A stretch of DNA of 43,946 nt, taken from positions 1 through 43,946 of the IMG/VR virus record IMGVR_UViG_3300013102_000016. The stretch is one strand, 5' to 3'. The notes under the pieces were generated by a model. The model ran no database searches and was not told the origin of the DNA. It saw only the letters and a list, made by a program, of their open reading frames with translations. Positions within the stretch are counted from its first letter, which is position 1; the number at the start of each line of letters is the position of its first letter. The position numbers were made by a program, and so were the translations under genes. Positions 40,652-43,946 of the stretch are shown here, one piece after another. Source of the stretch: a virus.

Positions 40652-41641
40652 TCAGAGAGCGGTCAAGGTGGCGGCGGCGCCATCTTCGATCACGTCCAGG
40701 CCGGCGATGGAGAAGTAGCTCTCCATGTAATACTTGAAGCCGCGCTGGTCGATGCTGGAGATTTCCAGCGGCACCGGCAGGCGGAACTGCATGGCGCGAC
40801 GGTTGCGCGAGAAAGCCACGGTCACCGAAGGGCGAGCGCCCGCACCCACCACGGCTTCAGCTTCGTTGGTCATGCCGAAAGACACGCCTGCGAAGTTGTC
40901 TTGCAGTGCGCGCATCACGGTAGCCGAACCGGCAGCGGTGTTCAGGATCTTGGTGGTGGCGATGTTGTACACGCTCCACGGCATGACCACGCGATCAGCC
41001 ATGAAGGCTGGCACGTTGAACACGTTCGACCATTGGCGAGTGATGAGACCGGCGATGGCCGCATACAGCTCTTCGGAAGTCATCAGCGCCGCAGTGGTCG
41101 CAGCGACATCAGTGTCCCATCCGGCGTAGTTCAACAAACCGGTGGTTTTCTGAGTGCCGTTGGTGCGCACCTGGCCGCGATAACCGATGCGGTCGATCTT
41201 GCGGTTGTAGACTTCGTTGTGCGCTTCCAGGAAGCGGCTCGGCAGGTTGATGCCGGCCAACTCAGCTTTCTTCAGCTCGATTTCAGACCAGTCGGACTCA
41301 GCGTCCATCGACATGGTAGGGATGAAATCGTCTTCACCTTCCAAGGTGATCTTGCCGGTGGTGTTGGTATTGGTGCCCGCCTCTCGGAAGTCGCCAGCAA
41401 TCGCCAGCTTGATCTTCTTGATGGTGTCGGCGTAACCGCCCTCGTTGTTGACGGTGATACCTTGCGCCAGGAACGTCAGCTCAGGGTATTCCTGAGTGAA
41501 AATCTCGGTGCTGAGGTATTCCAGGTTGCGAGCCAGGATAATGCCGCCCGCATCGGTGAAGGTTCGCTTGGCGTGCGCAGCCTTATCTTCGAACGACTTG
41601 ACGTTATACAGCTTGAATGGATCTTTTTTCATGGCGCTCAT
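40652..41641 (-). CDS. Major capsid protein (329 aa, DUF2184-type)
   Basis: Follows the scaffold and small head-protein genes. Size and position fit the DUF1073/DUF2213/DUF2184 head module. Not searched. Confidence 0.75.
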   Translation of the reverse strand: MSAMKKDPFKLYNVKSFEDKAAHAKRTFTDAGGIILARNLEYLSTEIFTQEYPELTFLAQGITVNNEGGYADTIKKIKLAIAGDFREAGTNTNTTGKITLEGEDDFIPTMSMDAESDWSEIELKKAELAGINLPSRFLEAHNEVYNRKIDRIGYRGQVRTNGTQKTTGLLNYAGWDTDVAATTAALMTSEELYAAIAGLITRQWSNVFNVPAFMADRVVMPWSVYNIATTKILNTAAGSATVMRALQDNFAGVSFGMTNEAEAVVGAGARPSVTVAFSRNRRAMQFRLPVPLEISSIDQRGFKYYMESYFSIAGLDVIEDGAAATLTAL

Positions 41642-41644
41642 GTC

Positions 41645-42130
41645 TTAAACCCCGGTCAGGTATTTTGGAATCAGAACAAGCCATGTGCCAGGGCGCTTGG
41701 CTTCCCAGAACACGCAGCCAGGGACTGCAACGTTGGATGCGGAGACGGTGGTCGCTTTGCCTGCGTTGGCGCCGGTAGCGTTCACCGCGTAAACCTGGCC
41801 GAACTTGGCAGGGGTCACGCCGGTTGGAACGTCGACGGTCACGAAACCAAAGTTGACGATCTCGGCTACCTGATCAGGCGCGATGCCGAGTTTGGTGTAG
41901 GTCGCGTTCTCCAGCGCGCTGGCGATCTTGCGGCGGACAACTCCGGCAATCACCGGAGTGGCCGAGGCGTCGAGCAGATCGATGGAGCCGGCGTCGTATT
42001 TGACGAAGCGGCCAGGCACCAAACCTTCTTCCCAGACTTCGAAAGCCGAGCAGTTGTATGGCGATGCGGCGATGAATTCGCCAGACATCAGATCCGGGAT
42101 GATATCCAGGACAGTCGAGTTAAAGGCCAT
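41645..42130 (-). CDS. Head protein (decoration or structural, 161 aa)
   Basis: Located between the scaffold/protease and capsid genes. Confidence 0.5.
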   Translation of the reverse strand: MAFNSTVLDIIPDLMSGEFIAASPYNCSAFEVWEEGLVPGRFVKYDAGSIDLLDASATPVIAGVVRRKIASALENATYTKLGIAPDQVAEIVNFGFVTVDVPTGVTPAKFGQVYAVNATGANAGKATTVSASNVAVPGCVFWEAKRPGTWLVLIPKYLTGV

Positions 42131-42132
42131 GA

Positions 42133-43266
42133 TTATTTGTCCCCCATTTCTTTTTTGAGGCGGGCGGTCAGGCTACCATCAGCAGCGCTGTCGCCGAACG
42201 TTTGGTACTCGCCGCCGGATTTCTTCAGCAGCTTGAAGGCTACCGACAGCTCGGAGTCGCTGAACTTCTGCGAGCCATGCTCGATGGCCAGCGCATCGCG
42301 CATTACCTGCGCGGTGGACTTGTCGGCGAAGCTGTAGGTTTCCGGCAGAATGCCGCGAGCCTTGTCGATGACCGAGGTGTGGGTCTTGACTGCAGAGTCA
42401 ACGGCCTTGCGAGTGGCATCGCTGAACTTCTGCGCGAGCACCTTGCGCATCGAGTCGGTGACCTTGACCGGATCGCCTGTTACGGCGCCAGCGCTTTCGT
42501 CGACCAGCTTCGCAGCTTCTTCGTCGGTCATGACCGGCACTTCTTCGACCACTGGATCAGTCGGTGCGGACTCGACACCGGCAGCCTCAGCAGCAGCCAT
42601 GATTTCTTGAAGTGCTGGCAGCAGCTCAGAAAGCTTGTCAGCAGGTACGTTTTTGATCGCTTCCGGCAGGCCAGCCGCCAGTTCAACGATCTGTGCAAGG
42701 CTGAGAGCCCCTTCGGCGTCACAGAACGCCTTATGCAACTTCTTCGGCATGGTAGCCTCCGGGTTTGGTTTTCGGTCGATGAAGCGGCAGCCAGAACCGC
42801 AGCGGCCAGAGTCAACAGTAGCAAGATGGGTCGGCACAAGGTCGCGCTGTTCGAAGTCCCACTTGTCATGGGGGATCAGACGGCCTTCATAGCCAAGAGA
42901 TAATTCGTTTTTGCCGCTCTGGATCTCGGCCAACATGGCGTCGTCGAGGAACAGTTTGTTTTGAATGGCCAGCGTTGAATTAGTCGACTCATCGAACGCA
43001 TCGATAAAGGACGCTGACTCAACGCGGCTTGGAATGTCGGCAGGCTCGGTGCCTGGCTCGATGTGCTCGCCGATGACAGGGATGCCTGGCATCTGCGAAA
43101 CAAGGCTGGCAATGGTGGCTGGCGAGCGGTACACGGTGAACAGCTTTTCAGGCGGCTCCATACCGATCTCGCTGCCCAGATACTCAAGCACGCCATCGCG
43201 CACCGAGATAGCGGTTTTCATCCCGTCATCATAGGTTGCGGCGTCGCTGAACTTGAGCTTATCCAT
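42133..43266 (-). CDS. Scaffold / prohead protease-like protein (DUF2213-type, 377 aa)
   Basis: Track ORF is 42133..43413. The preferred ATG is 43266 (MDKLKFSDAATYDDG...), 5 nt after AGGTGA and downstream of a terminator. GVLEYLGSEIG...NELSLGYEG...DFEQRDLVPTHLATVDSGRCGSGCRFID fits DUF2213. The C-terminal half is helical and Ala/Glu-rich. Confidence 0.7.
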   Translation of the reverse strand: MDKLKFSDAATYDDGMKTAISVRDGVLEYLGSEIGMEPPEKLFTVYRSPATIASLVSQMPGIPVIGEHIEPGTEPADIPSRVESASFIDAFDESTNSTLAIQNKLFLDDAMLAEIQSGKNELSLGYEGRLIPHDKWDFEQRDLVPTHLATVDSGRCGSGCRFIDRKPNPEATMPKKLHKAFCDAEGALSLAQIVELAAGLPEAIKNVPADKLSELLPALQEIMAAAEAAGVESAPTDPVVEEVPVMTDEEAAKLVDESAGAVTGDPVKVTDSMRKVLAQKFSDATRKAVDSAVKTHTSVIDKARGILPETYSFADKSTAQVMRDALAIEHGSQKFSDSELSVAFKLLKKSGGEYQTFGDSAADGSLTARLKKEMGDK

Positions 43267-43321
43267 TACTTCACCTGGCACGAATCTTGCCGAATTGTAA
43301 ACCCTGATTGATGGCAAAGCA

Positions 43322-43350
43322 AATATTGTGCTGAAGGGAATTGCTGGCAA
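43322..43350 (-). promoter_or_regulatory. Candidate sigma70-type promoter for the head-tail structural block
   Basis: The minus strand reads TTGCCA-gcaattcccttcagcac(17)-AATATT, directly after the terminator and ~50 nt before the ATG at 43266. Confidence 0.35.
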
Positions 43351-43376
43351 GAAAAAGCCCGCGCATTGGCGGGCTT
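43351..43376 (-). terminator. Rho-independent terminator
   Basis: The minus strand reads AAGCCCGC-CAATGC-GCGGGCTTTTTCTT: an 8-bp stem followed by a T-run. Confidence 0.75.
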
Positions 43377-43530
43377 CAGTTCCATCGGTGCCGGTTTTGG
43401 CCGGCGGAGTCATGGCAATTACTCCTCTTCAGATTGAGCAGCGGCCACTCATATGGGTCGGCTGTGTGACAAAACAATGTCTTTGCACTGACTCAGCCCC
43501 AATGAAGGGGCTTGAGGTGGGTGGGGTTGG

Positions 43531-43701
43531 TTAGCGGTCACGCGACTCGACTATGAATTGGACTACCGGTATTCCAGGGTTTTGAGCCTTTGCAAACTCG
43601 TACCCGCTCTTAACCGCAAATTCCATGTCTGGCGCCTCATAGCTGAATTTGTGGTAGGCCGCACCGCCTGCGTACTTGACCCGCAAACTGTATTTATTCA
43701 T
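43531..43701 (-). CDS. Small protein (56 aa) in its own promoter-terminator unit
   Basis: Below the track cutoff. ACGGAGCAAGACGAG precedes the ATG at 43701. Translation MNKYSLRVKYAGGAAYHKFSYEAPDMEFAVKSGYEFAKAQNPGIPVVQFIVESRDR. Confidence 0.5.
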   Translation of the reverse strand: MNKYSLRVKYAGGAAYHKFSYEAPDMEFAVKSGYEFAKAQNPGIPVVQFIVESRDR

Positions 43702-43735
43702 CTCGTCTTGCTCCGTTGTTCGTTTCGGTTGAGCA

Positions 43736-43764
43736 AGATTATGCCGAGATAATAACTATGTCAA
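43736..43764 (-). promoter_or_regulatory. Sigma70-type promoter, exact TTGACATAGTTATTAT copy on the minus strand
   Basis: The minus strand reads TTGACA-tagttattatctcggca(17)-TAATCT. The -35 contains the TGA stop of the collagen-like gene. Confidence 0.65.
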
Positions 43765-43946
43765 CGCTCAATAACGATTATTTGCGCAGCCGAGCCGACT
43801 ACAGGAACCGTAGCGCCCAGCACAACCTCCAGCCCCAGCAAGGTCACAGTGTTCCGCTGGTTGAGCTGAAGCGTGAACCCCGTAGTTGCGCTGGCCACAA
43901 GCGTCCACACCTGGCTGGACAATGCTGGTGGCGGCGGCTGAACATT
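43761..43946 (-). CDS. C-terminal end of the collagen-like protein gene (43824-43946 duplicates 1-123; the unique tail is 43761-43823)
   Basis: Reading on from base 1 into 43823 gives ...TLLGLEVVLGATVPVVGSAAQIIVIER, with stop TGA at 43763-43761. The whole protein is about 312 aa. The stop codon lies inside the TTGACA of the next promoter. Confidence 0.8.
   Translation of the reverse strand, partial: NVQPPPPALSSQVWTLVASATTGFTLQLNQRNTVTLLGLEVVLGATVPVVGSAAQIIVIER
43824..43946. repeat. Terminal direct repeat, copy 2
   Basis: Exact copy of bases 1-123. Confidence 0.95.

Noticed and set aside
40901-42337. 478-aa plus-strand ORF, the longest of many long ORFs antisense to recognised genes. Others are 2577-3980, 4748-5437, 10709-11272, 16120-16863, 20748-21584, 32189-32947, 33402-34070, 36254-36847, 37975-38613, 38803-39531 and 42202-42903.
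   Set aside because: All lie antisense to ORFs with clear family motifs or operon context. Their translations are low-complexity and rich in Arg, Gly, His and Val. They lack SD sequences and promoters and do not respect the tight gene-to-gene coupling on the real strand. These are typical shadow ORFs of moderately GC-rich DNA.

Overview
The window is a complete phage genome. Bases 1-123 recur exactly at 43824-43946 and a minus-strand gene reads through the join. The unique sequence is therefore 43,823 bp and closes into a circle, or is circularly permuted. Gene content is that of a contractile-tailed dsDNA phage. Two arms diverge from a repeat-dense, AT-rich non-coding hub (~6720-7276) and converge at 24267/24271. 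(1) The plus arm (7277-24267) holds about 35 mostly small early, replication and recombination genes, many translationally coupled by ATGA/TGATG overlaps. They include a DUF3987-like protein, a ParB-like protein, an HNH endonuclease, an SF2 helicase, a DUF551 protein, a VRR-NUC nuclease, a PD-(D/E)XK exonuclease and an SSB-like protein. A leftward tandem-HTH regulator plus DnaG-type primase pair sits at 13713-15058. (2) The minus arm reads 6808->1 and then 43823->24271. In order it carries three tRNA or tRNA-like genes, terS, terL, portal, a MuF-like protein, two small ORFs, a collagen-like protein that spans the window join, and scaffold/protease. These are followed by the major capsid, neck proteins, sheath, tube, a chaperone with a candidate -1 frameshift, tape measure, baseplate, fibres and a lysis cassette. 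I saw no integrase, transposase, polymerase, CRISPR array or rRNA. The non-obvious signals are listed here. (a) A ~10-copy promoter/operator family, TTGACATAGTTATTAT, is paired with a conserved GACAGGAGCAA leader. (b) A copy of that promoter drives a 3-gene accessory cassette (including a bPH membrane protein) embedded in the tail module. (c) A mutually exclusive antiterminator/terminator RNA fold lies between the ParB-like and HNH/helicase genes. (d) The hub carries two short-repeat families and looks like an origin, centromere or operator region. (e) Two of the three tRNA-like genes cannot form a canonical anticodon arm. (f) The collagen-like protein has a signal-peptide-like N-terminus. All family names come from motif recognition by eye; no searches were run.
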